Below, piece by piece: positions 45,819-57,052 of a stretch of DNA of 64,000 nt (its first letter is position 1; every line of letters starts with the position of its first letter). Source of the DNA: Thraustochytrium aureum (lineage: Eukaryota). Both the position numbers and the translations under genes were made by a program. The DNA is taken from positions 62,001 through 126,000 of the forward strand of contig BLSG01000411.1 of assembly GCA_012862495.1 (NCBI GenBank). Reading direction: 5' to 3'. A model generated the notes under the pieces. The model worked only from the letters and a program-made list of their open reading frames with translations, searched no databases and was not told the origin of the DNA.

Positions 45819-47415
45819 GCACGGCGTCGCCGCCTGCTACATCCTGTTTGACCATCTGACGCCGCTTCTCGGCCATGAGCTCTTTGAGCGAGGGTTTTTT
45901 CGACGCCGCCTTGGATGCTGGAGCTTGGCGAGCAAGCTCAAGCACGTGGGCGGCCTGAGTGGGCGAGAGGGCGGCAGCAATAGCGCTCTCCACCTCGTCG
46001 CGCTGCAGCGACTTGTACAAGAGACGGAGCGAGACTTGCGCGACCTTCTTGGCATCGACAGAACGGCTGTGCTCGAGCTCAGCAAAGCTGCGCACAAGAT
46101 CTTGGACGTCCCCGGCAGGTCCAAGCATACCCGGCGCCTTGGCTGGGTGCGTCGCGGCGCGGCTGTCGACGACACGGCGCAAGCACCGCGCGCTGAAGCG
46201 GGCAACCACAGAGCACACCTTGGAACTCTTACTATCCGAGTGGCGCAGCATGGGCCGGAGGATCTCCATGCTCGGAGCGGCTTTGACCATGCGGTCCAGC
46301 ACCGTCTCGCCCGCGGTGGCGATAAAGCGCTTGTCGTTCACGCTCTTGAGGATCACGGCGTCAATGACGTCGGCGAGCTCGGCGGCGCTTGACTCGACGA
46401 GGGCGCGCTTGTTTGGCGCGTTCTCAAACAGCTCGCTGATCGCGTAGAGCGCGTTCCGGCTCTGCGCCGAGCGCAGCGAACCGACACCGTCGCGAAGAAA
46501 GAGCAGCAACGTGCTCGCCGAGGACGCGACCACGGCCTCGGTCTCCGCCGCGTGGAAGCAGACCAAGCGGCGCAGCACTGTGGTGGCTTCGTATTGCTCA
46601 ACCCAGTCCTCGCTCGAGAAATGCGCCATGGCGCGCTCGAGCTCCGTGACTGGCTCCTCCATCGGCGTGAGCTCCTCCGGCGTGAGCACGACAACGGCGG
46701 CCTCGCGCGCCTCTGCTTCGGCCTCTGCGTCTGCCTCGCTGAGCGCGATGCGCATGGTGCTGTTGCCCTTGCCGCTGTTGTCACCACTACCGCTGCTGCT
46801 CTCGCTGCAGGCGCTGGTGTTGAGCTGTCGCTCGGCAATTTCGTCATCCTCGTCGGCACTTGTGGTGGCCTTGGACTCATCCTTGTCCATTCCAACGCGG
46901 TGCCCGGTGCGGCCCGCTTTCGCGGGGGGGCGGGAGGCTCCGCTCGGCCTGGCGCTGCGCGTCCTGTTGGGGGGCGAAATGGTGTTGGAGGCGCCTGCCT
47001 GGTTTTCCTTGAGCTGCGGCGGGCCCTCGCAGGGCGCGCTCGCAGGCCCTGTGCTGAGGGTTTTGCGCGAGGGAGAGAGACCCTTGAGCAGGGTGACTTT
47101 GCGCTTCCTCAGGCGCGACCTTGTGCGGAACGCTACGGGGGTCTCAAGCGTGGCCATATATTCCGTGCTGCAGCTCGCTGCACCCGCTTCGCTCACGCCC
47201 TGAGAGGCCGTTTCTGCGAAGGGCTCTCGCCTCTTCCGCAGCCCCTGCCGCGCAGCCTCACCTTCGCCGTCCGACGCGGAGTCGGCCTCCGTCTCGTCAA
47301 GCTCGCCCTGCACTTCCTCCTCCTCCTCTTCCTCGTCGTCGCTCCCCTCCTCGCTCAGGTACCTATTCCTGCACAGCTCCGCCGGGGCCACGCTCTCCTG
47401 CAGCTCCGCCAGCAC
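45819..47415 (-). CDS. TOG/CLASP-N (HEAT repeat) protein, TOGARAM/FAM179-like; termini uncertain (3' end in gap)
   Basis: SEDWVEQYEATTVLRRLVCFH..SLRSAQSRNAL..LKSVNDKRFI, preceded by a disordered acidic/Ser-rich N-terminus. Confidence 0.75.
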
Positions 47416-49256
47416 TTCCCCGGCGAGCTGGCTCAGCTGCGCCCCAATCCTTCCTCCCCCTCCTGCGCCGGGCGCCTCCTGCCGCCACTCAACCGTCCGC
47501 CACGCCCAACCGGCACGTACGCCCGGCCGCCCGCCTGCCTACTTGCCTGCCTGCCCGCGCGCCCGCGTGCTGCACTCGCGCAGAAAGGCCCGCGGCCTGC
47601 GCCTCCTGCGCCTCCTGCTGCTGCGCCTCCTGCTGCTGCTGCTGCGCCTCCTGCTGCTGCTGCTGATGCGCGTCCGCGATGCGCCTCTGCTGCTGCTCTG
47701 CTGCTCTGCTGCTCGACGGATGATTGATTGGTTTTTTGTTTGATGGATTGATCTCTTGATGGCTTTTCGTCGCCTTTTCCTCGCCTTTTCGTCGCTTTTT
47801 CGATCGAGCGCCCCTGGAGCCTCCGGTTGTTCGCGCTGTTCCTCGCCCTCGCGAGACGGTTGCGTTGGGCGGTTTTGGGTGGGGTTTTGTGGTGTCGTTT
47901 CTTTCGCGAGCTGCTTGCTGGTTTGGTTTGTTTGGCGGTTTTGCGTGGTTTTGCGAGGTTTTTGCCTGGGTTTTGCCTGGTTCGTTCGTTTCTTTGGGAT
48001 TGGGCCCTTTGGGGCGTGGGTGGTGGTTGAGAGGGCAGGCGGGCGGGCAAAACGGTCACCGGGTCAGCCAGGCTCGGCGCCTGCCGGACGGACGCGGTGG
48101 CTGATCAGGCTGCTGGATGGAGGGAGGGACGGCTTTGGCCCGGCTGCGGACTGGCACCGCGCTGCGCGGTCCAAGGACGGCCAAAGGGCGAGCGAAGCGA
48201 CCCGGCTGGAGCGTTTTCTCTTGCTCTTTCTTGATCAGGATTGGTGGAAAGGGAAATCGTGTCGGTTTTTTGGGGACCACGTGAAAGCGTCTGCCGATGC
48301 CGATGCCGAGCAGGAACCCATCGTGTTGACCAGGTCGTCGAGCTCGTCGGTACTCACGACCACGCGCGCCCCGGGCGGCAGCACGGGTGCTGGGAGTGCG
48401 TAGAGCGAGTAGGTTTCAATTGAAAGCTGGGCGGCGTTCCATTCGGGTCGGTCGGCTCTTGCGTGCTTTGCTTTCGGCGATCGTGAGTCCAGCCGGCTGA
48501 GCGCAGACTGGCCGACGGCGTGCGCCTTCCTTCCTTCCTTTCTTCCTTCCTTCCTGAGGTGAAACGGCCGGCCGCGCGTTCCTGCAATGGCTCGAGGCTG
48601 CGGGATTTCGCCCCTGCGCCCTGCTTGCTTGCGTGCGTGCCTTCGTTGCTGATGAGTGCAAGTGGGTTGGTTGTTCAAGTTGTCTCCCCAATGCCGGTGG
48701 GTCAGTCGTGGTGGAAGGCGCTGGGAACCGTCGTCGGAGACGTGCCGCCACCACGGTTGCCGGTGGCTTGAGGTTGGCTGTAGCGCTCGTCGTTCTTGCG
48801 CGGTTTGCCGGTCCTCGAGGTTCCCAGCAGAGAATGAACGTCCAATACTAGAGTGCAACAGAAGATAGAAAACCCATCGCGGCCAGAGCCCAGGGCCAAA
48901 CGGCATGGACGGGCAGGGCAACCCGCCGTGCTCTGGAGCCACTGGTACTTGGCAAGCCCAACAAGTCTGCCAAACCAGAAGACAACATAGCACCAGGCCG
49001 CATGGTGTCGCAGCAAGCTTGGCCCGACTCGCTCCTGAGGCAATGCTTCACCAGCAATGGCAGTTGCCATCAAGTCTCGCGAACGCGCACTCGCCTGGAG
49101 ACTGGCAGCCAACTCGCGCGCTTTCCACACGCCGCTGCAGGTGCTCGTACCTACTTACTCGAGTACACCTCCACCGCACGACAGACACCGTTCTTGACCA
49201 ACCCAGCGCTCGGGAGCGCGTCGCGCAGGCAGTGAGTGCACAAGGGTCCCGACGCG

Positions 49257-50899
49257 ATGGCAGGGTGCAGCGCTTGCGGCGCTGCAGATGGCCCCTGCGG
49301 CGCCGCTGCCTCCAAGGGCGACGAGTTCGACGTGCTGGTGATCGGCGCAGGCGTGGTGGGAGCGGCCATCGCGCGCGAGCTCGCCAAGCTCCAGTGCAAA
49401 ACGCTCGTCCTCGAAAAGGAAGCGGACGTCTGCCAGGGCGCCTCCAAGGCCAACTCGGGCATCGTGCACGGCGGCTACGACGCCATGCATGGCACGCTAA
49501 AGTCCCAGCTGAGCCGGAGGGGCAACCAAATGTTTCGCGCGCTGGACGAAGAGCTCGACTTTGGGTTCAAGCAGATCGGCTCGCTGGTCCTGGCTTTCAC
49601 CGAAGCTGAAGTAGCAAAGCTCGCCGATCTCAAGCGAAACGGCGAACTGAACGGCGTGGACGACCTGGAGATGCTCACGGGGGAGCAGGTGCGGGCGCGA
49701 GAGCCACACGTCAGTGTCGGCGTCCGCGGCGCACTCTGGTGCCCGTCGGCTGGCGTGATCTCGCCCTATGAGTACTGCTTTGCTCTGGTTGAGAATGCCG
49801 CAACCAACGGCGTGCAGTTTATGGTGGGACAGGAGGTCAAGGGCATTGACGTGCTCAACGACCTCGCCACGCGCGAGCGGGTGTTTCGCGTATTCACCAG
49901 CGGCGGGCGGGTCTTCAAGGCCCGTGCGGTGATCAACTGCGCTGGCCTGCACGCTGACGAGGTTGCGCGGATGGTTGACGCCGGCACAAAGTACGAGATC
50001 ATGGCCCGCAAAGGCGAGTACGGTAAGTCCGGTTGGTGGGCTCTCCATGGCAGGCACACTTCCCGTCGCCAGGCTGCTGACGCAGGTCGTTCGAGTCGGG
50101 CGCGCAGTCATCCTCGAAAAGTCGCAAGGAGAAATGGCCAAGAGCGTCATATTCCAGACACCCCACTGCGCGCTGGGGCAAAGGGATCCTCGTGTCGCCC
50201 ACAGCCCGCGGCAACCTCGTGCTCGGGCCAAGCGCGGCTGAGCAAGACGACAAGCTCGCCAAAGACACCGACCTGGAGGAGCTCGCGTACGTTGCGTGGG
50301 CGGCACGCCGCTCTGTTCCACACCTCGACACGCGCGAGGTGCTCACCTCCTTTGCGGGGCTGCGCGCTCGATGCTCGCGCAAGGACTTTATCATCGAGGA
50401 GGACGCCAAGGTCAAGCGGTTTGTGCACGTGGCTGGCATCGAGAGCCCCGGGCTGACCTCGTCGCCCGCCATTGCCAAGCGCGTCATGGAGATCCTGAAG
50501 CGTGACTGCGGCCTGGATTTCGAGCCCAACCCGCGCTTTGCGCCTCGCCGCAAGCACCCTGTGGACTTTGATAAGCCCGCCATCCGAGCCCCTGCCAGCG
50601 CGAAAGAGGGCGAAGACATGGGGCCGAGCGAGCTCGTCTGCTACTGTGAAAACGTGACCCGAGGCGAGATCGAGAAGGCCATCGACATGGCGGGCGTGCC
50701 CGTGCGCTGCACCGACTCAGTCAAGTGGCGAACGCGAGCAGGAATGGGTCACTGCCAAGGCGCGCGGTGCCGCGCTCGTGTGGCAGAGTTGGTGGCGGAC
50801 AAACTTGGCGACGGAACCTCATTTCAGGATATTCCTAAGCGCGTTCCAGGCGAAGCGGAGCCCAAGCGCGTCCCGCGGCGCGAACTCTCGCGGCTCTGA
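49257..50899 (+). CDS. FAD-dependent oxidoreductase (LhgO/GlpA-like) with C-terminal BFD-like [2Fe-2S] domain; intron 50023-50107; apparent +1 frameshift at 50161-50164
   Basis: DVLVIGAGVVG (Rossmann), GASKANSGIVHGGYD, RKGEY|VILEK, GKGILVSPT..GN..LGP, AGIESPGLTSSPAIA, VCYCENV..RTRAGMGHCQGARC. Confidence 0.9.
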
Positions 50900-51156
50900 A
50901 GTGTTTGCTGCTGCCTGGCGCCACTGTGCAGACCAGGAGCAAGCGAGGCGGCCGCACGGCCGACCGTCAGCCAGAGCGCAGGCGCGCATATGTTTTTTCC
51001 CCCGCGTTGATCGATCAAGCTGTTCACATTTTCTATCGCTACATTGTGGGCCAGAGGGGGGAGGAGAGCGGGCAGCGCAGCACCGCGGCTGCTTGCTGTC
51101 CGCGGCTCGCTTGGGGGATCTTGGGCGGTCGCCTCGCCACGCGCTGCTCCTACAGG

Positions 51157-52518
51157 CTACCCTTTCCTTTCGCCGAGGCCCGACCTCGCCACGGGGGAAG
51201 GCGAGATTGCGCGGACGCAAACAAGCGCCACTAAGGCGTCTAGGAGGCAGCCGCACGTGCGAGAAAGGCCTAGCGCGCTCACCGCGGCGGCAAGTCCCGA
51301 TACCCTAGCTCCATCAGCGAAAACCGAGGCGCCCCGCGCAAGTGCGAGTCCCGCCCACGCCAACCCAAGCACTGCGCACGAGCGGCGAAGCTGGGGGCCC
51401 AGAGTCGAGGCAAGCGCCAAGGCGAGGAGGAGCAAGAAAACAAGCCAGTCACTCTGAACTCGGGCGGCGCACGGCCCCAAAGCGCCTGGCGACTCGTTGC
51501 TTGGCTCCACGCCGCGCATCGCGCCTCCTTCTGCACACAACCGGACGGCCTCACTCAGTGCAAGGCCCACGATCGAAGCGGCGACGTCCAAGGCTGGGCG
51601 CCGCGATTCGGCCGCCTCAGCCAGCCTTGGGCGCCGCGATTCGGCCGCCTCAGCCACCGGGCTGGCAACGTTCGGTCGGCGGCTCAGGCGCGCCTGCTCG
51701 GCGACCATCGCGTCGTGCATGGCTGTCATAACCCGTACAACCACTTCGATGCGTGACAGGCGCTCGCTGGCGCGCGATACGATTGCTTTGCGCAGAGTTC
51801 GGGCCGTTCTGCTTTGCTGCTTCACATCGATCGGGCCGCCCATTGTGGCATCTAGCCCGCGCAGGCCCTGCACGTGCTGCTTGATGCGGCGCTCGTCGGC
51901 AGCTGCGCGGTTTGCTGCAGAAGCGGTCCGCGCAGCGCGCTCAACGCGGCGCAGGATCCCTTCGCGAGCGGGGTTGGGCAGCGCGCCAAACATGCCGAGG
52001 CCCATGAGGCGGCAAAACACCCTGTGCACCTCACGCGGCAGGTGCTGCTCCGACTGCGACCCTGCGCTCTCCACGAAAAGGCCAAAGTAGGTCGACGCCG
52101 TCACGTTTTCCAGGAGCACGCTCAGCGCCGACTCCCCGGCGGCGTTGCAGGTCATCGGGTTTGGTGGGTGGTTTGGATCCGTGACGAGCTGCTCGACGAC
52201 CTGGAACGGCGGCCGCGGCTCGCGCAGCAACAGCATGAGCAGCGTGTCACGCGCCGGCCCAGGCACACGCGCGTCGGCGCGTAGCTTGCCACTCGCCAAA
52301 AACCTCTCCACATACGTCGCATCCTCCACATCGTGCACCTGGTGGCACGACCTGACCGCCGCGAACGCCGCAGCGGCCTGCGCCTGCCCGCCCTTCGCTT
52401 CGAGCACCGCCTCCACCCTCCGCCTTAGCTCCGCCTTGAACCCCGGCTCCCACTCGAGCGCGTCACCCACGAGGACGGTCACCGCCCGCGTCTTGAGCAG
52501 GTCGACCAGTCTCTCGAG
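51157..52518 (-). CDS. Hypothetical protein with a degenerate ankyrin-like segment; 5' end in or near gap, 3' end uncertain
   Basis: Long ORF; RDTLLMLLL..VVEQLV..NPMTCNAAGESALSV resembles an ankyrin repeat; internal 33-bp duplication (AEAAESRRP x2). Confidence 0.5.
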   Translation of the reverse strand, partial: LERLVDLLKTRAVTVLVGDALEWEPGFKAELRRRVEAVLEAKGGQAQAAAAFAAVRSCHQVHDVEDATYVERFLASGKLRADARVPGPARDTLLMLLLREPRPPFQVVEQLVTDPNHPPNPMTCNAAGESALSVLLENVTASTYFGLFVESAGSQSEQHLPREVHRVFCRLMGLGMFGALPNPAREGILRRVERAARTASAANRAAADERRIKQHVQGLRGLDATMGGPIDVKQQSRTARTLRKAIVSRASERLSRIEVVVRVMTAMHDAMVAEQARLSRRPNVASPVAEAAESRRPRLAEAAESRRPALDVAASIVGLALSEAVRLCAEGGAMRGVEPSNESPGALGPCAARVQSDWLVFLLLLALALASTLGPQLRRSCAVLGLAWAGLALARGASVFADGARVSGLAAAVSALGLSRTCGCLLDALVALVCVRAISPSPVARSGLGERKG

Positions 52519-53274
52519 NNNNNNNNNNNNNNNNNNNNNNNNNNNNNNNNNNNNNNNNNNNNNNNNNNNNNNNNNNNNNNNNNNNNNNNNNNNNNNNNAA
52601 CACGAGCGCGCAGCCGAAGAACAATAGAACAGCTCGCAACACCGGCCCAGCAGCCGCGCTGAAAGCCTCGAACGCAGTTTGACACAACTTGAAGGGCGGC
52701 CCTCATCAGAAGGGGTAGGAAGTGCGAGGCCGCCGCCACCAGCAGCCCTACTGAAGACAACGACCTCGCGCAGGAAGCAGCAGGAGCCGCTTGCTTTCAC
52801 TGTTCACAATACCAAGCGCTCTCAGCTGGAGAGAAGAAACGCCTTTTCGAAGTCCTCCAGAGTTACTTGCATTTGGGAGGGAGACGAAGAACAAAGAATG
52901 GGTCGTGGGCCGCGCAGCACAGGAGCACGAGCAGAAAGCGGCAGTGCCGAGTGAGCGCAGGCCAGTGTGCGAAGGGCGCGCGAGTTGGTCGGAGGCCGCG
53001 CAGCGCACTCTGCTCGAGGCAGGCGTCGCGGCTGCGGCGATCGGAAGGACGAGCGACTGAGCGTCTGAGGAGTGAGTGAGCGAGCGACTGTGTGGGCGCG
53101 TGCCTGCCTGCCTGCCTGCCTGCCTGCGTGTGCTTGCGCGTGCTTGCGTGGGAGCGTCGGCGCGCCTGACGCGGACCGGACGCGGACCGGACGCGTTGTT
53201 GAGGTTGAATCGGCGCAGCGGGTCAGAGGCCTGCGGCGGGGCTAGGCAGGCCGGCCGCCGGGCGGTGAGGGAGA

Positions 53275-53889
53275 ATGAACTTTTTGAAGAAGACGACGGT
53301 CAAGGAGGAGGCCAAGGCCACCAAGCGCGAGGTCGGCAAGTCCCAGCGCGAGCTGCAGCGCGAGCGAAACAAGCTCGAGCAGGAAGAGAAGCGCCTCATG
53401 GGCGAGATTCGCAAGGTGGCCAAGGGACCCGGCGGCCCGGGCGACGGCCAGGTCAAGATCCTCGCAAAGCAGCTGGTCCAGGTCCGCAACGCCAAGACAA
53501 AGCTCACGGGGATGAACAGCCAGCTCGGCAGCGTCAAAGTCAAGGCAACCATGATGGCGGCCAACGAGACCATGGCCACCTCCATGAAGGCCACCAGCAA
53601 GGCGATGGGCAGAATGAACAAAACGATGGACGCCTCCAAGATGGCCAAGAAGATGGTCGAGTTTGAGCGCAACATGGAACAGATGAACGTCACAGAGGAG
53701 ATGATGAACGACGCGCTCAGCGCTCTTGACGAGGATGGCGAAGAAGAGGCCGACGAGATCACGCGCCAGGTTCTCGACGAGATCGGCGTGAGCCTGGGCG
53801 CGGACCTCGGCGTCGCCCCAACCGCCAGTTTGGCCAAGTCCAAGCAGGCAACGGCGCAGAGCACCGATGCGGAGGCAGAGCTGTCATAA
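53275..53889 (+). CDS. VPS2: ESCRT-III Snf7-family subunit, Vps2/CHMP2 type
   Basis: RELQRERNKLEQEEKRL..KILAKQLVQVR..MKATSKAMGRMNK..EFER..EEMMNDAL..QVLDEIG. Confidence 0.92.
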   Translation: MNFLKKTTVKEEAKATKREVGKSQRELQRERNKLEQEEKRLMGEIRKVAKGPGGPGDGQVKILAKQLVQVRNAKTKLTGMNSQLGSVKVKATMMAANETMATSMKATSKAMGRMNKTMDASKMAKKMVEFERNMEQMNVTEEMMNDALSALDEDGEEEADEITRQVLDEIGVSLGADLGVAPTASLAKSKQATAQSTDAEAELS

Positions 53890-53907
53890 GCGCCTCCTGC
53901 CTCTTGC

Positions 53908-53982
53908 ACGCTGCGCCAAACGCCTGCGGCCTGTGGCCTGCCTCTCGAACGCTGCGCCAAACGCCTGCGGCCTGTGGCCTGC
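53908..53982. repeat. 34-bp direct repeat (period 41) just 3' of VPS2
   Basis: acgctgcgccaaacgcctgcggcctgtggcctgc at 53908-53941 and 53949-53982. Confidence 0.9.
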
Positions 53983-54223
53983 TTACGGCGCACGCGCGCG
54001 CGCGCGCGCACGTGCGCCGCCTATTGTTTGCGGAGTTGCGCGGTTCGCCGAGCGCGGCCGCGCTGCGCCTTCTTACGGGGTTCCATAGTTGGTACGAGTT
54101 CAACTCTCTCAACCATTTCAAAAGTTATACTACAACCTTCCTGCTGCCTTTCCACGTGTGTTGACCGGCTTACTGCGCCCGCGCCGGTGACCTTGCAACG
54201 CTCTGGCCCTCCGTCCGGGGCTT

Positions 54224-57052
54224 TCAGATTTCAAACTCCTCGCCCCGCCCCTCGCCCTCGCCCTTGCTGGCTTCCACAAGAGCCTCCCGCGTTACCGCGC
54301 CGCGGGCTAGCACCACATCCGGCATCGCCAGAGCCTCGTTGCGGAGCACAGCGGAATAATCCACACCGCGATAAGTGAGCCGTTCCCCAGGGAAGGTGTC
54401 GACCAGGTCGGCGAGCCCACCGGCAAGCTTTTCGGACACCAGCCCCAAACGCGCGAGCATCACGTCGCGTCGCGCGCCATTGCCCACCTTCGCTGGCCCG
54501 CTTTCTTTGTGCGCATCTTGGATCTGGTGCTTGAGGAACTCGCGCTCCGCGACGAGCTTGAGCAGAGGCACCTTCGCGTTCAGCACCGCAATTTGGTCCT
54601 CCATGAGTGCTTGGAGCTGCGGCGAGTACACGGCAGTCTCAAACACCCGGAACAGAAACGGGACATATTCGCCCGATCCTAGACGCAGGTCGCGCCACAG
54701 CGCAAGGATAGCGTCGCGGTGCTCGCGCAAAACCTTCTCGCCGGCCGCTTGGCCGACTCTCGACTCGCGTTGGTCGCGTCGAAGCTGAAAGATCGCGCTG
54801 GCGTCCGCAACGCGATCTCGTGCCGTGCCGTGAACTGCGCGTGCATGGGCCTCCTGCACCGCCAGGAGCTCGCGCCTGGCACTCTCCAGCTGGCTGGCGA
54901 GGGCCCCGAGCTCGCGGCCGTGCCGCTGCTCGAGCTCCACGATCCGCGCGAGCCCCTCGCCGCGGATTCGCTCCGCAAGCTGGAGCTTGTCTGCCACGGC
55001 CTGCTGCTTGAGCTGCTCGATTTTGAGCTCGAGCGCGCACCGCAGCTCGGCCTGGCCGGCGGCGTGCTGCAAGGCGCCGTCCTGAAGGGTGCGCAAACGC
55101 CGGTCGCACTCTTCTTGGTAGCTGTCCATTCGCTTCTCGAAGAGCGCTCGGCAAACCTTCTTGAACCGGTCCTCCCGCGCCCGTGAGAGCTCCATCTCTT
55201 GGACCTGCTTGTCCGCCCAAGCCTGCTCGCCAAAGTCACGGGCGCTGGAAGCGGCTGCCGCGCCAGCCTCAACCTGCTCAATGACGGCCGTGTACCTGGC
55301 CTCAAGCTGAGCAGCAAGGTCGACTCGCCTCGCTTCCTCTGCAGTCTTCCACGCGGCCTCGCGCTCGCGCAAAATCCTCGCCCAGCGCTCGTTAGCAGCC
55401 GCTTCAGCAGCTTCGCTCGCCTCGCCGCGAATCCGAGCGATCTCCTGCCCGAGGCTTACTTCGCGCGACATGATGTCAGCCTTCTCTTGCGCGAGGCGTT
55501 CAAGCTCGCTGGCAAGGTGGTCTCGCATCGCCCCGGTTTGCAGCTCAAACTCGCCCCGCAGCTTTTCCAGGGACGCGCGCTTCTCTTGGGCGAGTCGATC
55601 TCGCTCGTTCTCCAGAATCTGACGAAACACGGCGCGCTCCTCTTCCTGGAGCACGCGGATCTTTTCCAGCGATGCCGCGTAGGCCAGCCGCTCGTCGCCT
55701 AACAGCCCTTCGAGCGCGCTCGCTTGATGCGAGGCATGCGCCTGGTCTGCGGCGGCCCCGGCCTCGATCGCGCGTTTTTGGTCTTCCAGTGCCGCCTCGA
55801 GCCGAGCCGTCCCAGCTTGAATCCGATCGCTGAGCTCTGCAACGTGTGTCTTGCTCGTGCTCTCAAGCTCGCGCAAGTGACCCTCGAGCCTTTCGAGTGT
55901 CGCCTGCGCGGATTCGGTCGCAGCGGCACGCAGGCTCGCGACGGCGTTTGACGCCAGCGCCTCAACGTCGCTCGCAACTCTGCTTTGCGCCGAAGCCCGC
56001 TCAATTTCCATGCCTTCAAGCTCGCGGAGCCATTGGGCCTCGCGGTTCGACCACTTTTGCAGCCACTCAGCGCTCAACTCGTCGATGCGGCTCGCGTGGG
56101 AATCGAGAAACTCGCGCTGCTGTGAGGTCAGACCAGCTTCCAGCTGTTCGCGGAGGTGGGCGTGTTTCTCGCCAAGCGCGGCCTGCATTTCCTTGGCGGC
56201 TTGGTTCATCTTGACGTAAATCTCTCGCTCGAGAGACTCGATGCGCTCCTGTTCGCGCTTTTGCTCTTCGCGGATCTCGCGCAAGACAGACCCGCGAACG
56301 TCGCTCTCGAGAGCCGCATAGAACGCCCCTTCGCGTTTGTCCACCTCCGAGCGCAGTTGGCCCTCGACGAGAGCCCGAACGGCCTGATAGATTTTACCAG
56401 ACTTTGTCTCAACGCACTCCCGTTCGATGCTGCCCTTTGCTGCGATCATCACGCGCTCGTACAGGTCGCCTTTGCCAGCGTTGAGCTGCGCCTGTAGCTT
56501 TGCCTGCATCTCCTCGTTGAGCTTGTCAAAGACGGGACCGCGCTGTTTGGAGATCTGGTCCATCACTTCGCTTATCGTGTCGCCGCGCAGCGCGTCGATT
56601 TGCTGCTTGTGCGCCACTCGGGCCTCATTGAGTTTGCGGGACAAGCTTGCGATTTCCACGTTTTGCGAAGCCGCTTGTGCGCTGGTCTTGCTCTTCATTG
56701 CCTGGTCGTCGTGAAACCTGAGCGCGCGCTCCTGCTCCAAAGCTGAGTTGAGCTGGGCTACCTCTGCCCTTAGCTTTGCGATCTCGCTTTCCGTTTTGCT
56801 TTTCGGCACGAATACGCCAAGGCGCCCAAGCTCGCTCCTTCGGTTCGCCTCCGAAAAGATGCTCGTCTGCTCCTCGCCTTGCGCAGCACCGGCGCCACCG
56901 CCCCCCTCCTTCTCCTCAACCTCGCTGCCCGTCGCGTCTCTCTCGCGCATCTTGCCGCGCCCTGCATCAACAGCATGAGCGGCGTCGCATTCTTCAGCAG
57001 CGCCTTTCCCATCGACACCAGCACGGCCGTGCGCCGCCTCGCATGCGCTCAT
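54224..57052 (-). CDS. Long coiled-coil protein (~940 aa), function unknown
   Basis: Uninterrupted E/R/A/L/Q-rich helical ORF; probable start MSACEAAHG at 57052. Confidence 0.75.
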   Translation of the reverse strand: MSACEAAHGRAGVDGKGAAEECDAAHAVDAGRGKMRERDATGSEVEEKEGGGGAGAAQGEEQTSIFSEANRRSELGRLGVFVPKSKTESEIAKLRAEVAQLNSALEQERALRFHDDQAMKSKTSAQAASQNVEIASLSRKLNEARVAHKQQIDALRGDTISEVMDQISKQRGPVFDKLNEEMQAKLQAQLNAGKGDLYERVMIAAKGSIERECVETKSGKIYQAVRALVEGQLRSEVDKREGAFYAALESDVRGSVLREIREEQKREQERIESLEREIYVKMNQAAKEMQAALGEKHAHLREQLEAGLTSQQREFLDSHASRIDELSAEWLQKWSNREAQWLRELEGMEIERASAQSRVASDVEALASNAVASLRAAATESAQATLERLEGHLRELESTSKTHVAELSDRIQAGTARLEAALEDQKRAIEAGAAADQAHASHQASALEGLLGDERLAYAASLEKIRVLQEEERAVFRQILENERDRLAQEKRASLEKLRGEFELQTGAMRDHLASELERLAQEKADIMSREVSLGQEIARIRGEASEAAEAAANERWARILREREAAWKTAEEARRVDLAAQLEARYTAVIEQVEAGAAAASSARDFGEQAWADKQVQEMELSRAREDRFKKVCRALFEKRMDSYQEECDRRLRTLQDGALQHAAGQAELRCALELKIEQLKQQAVADKLQLAERIRGEGLARIVELEQRHGRELGALASQLESARRELLAVQEAHARAVHGTARDRVADASAIFQLRRDQRESRVGQAAGEKVLREHRDAILALWRDLRLGSGEYVPFLFRVFETAVYSPQLQALMEDQIAVLNAKVPLLKLVAEREFLKHQIQDAHKESGPAKVGNGARRDVMLARLGLVSEKLAGGLADLVDTFPGERLTYRGVDYSAVLRNEALAMPDVVLARGAVTREALVEASKGEGEGRGEEFEI

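Noticed and set aside
8160..50164. Programmed ribosomal frameshifting, RNA editing or mass pseudogenisation
   Set aside because: The indels are bidirectional and confined to homopolymers, with no common slippery-plus-stop signal, and the flanking coding sequence is fully conserved, including in NNT.
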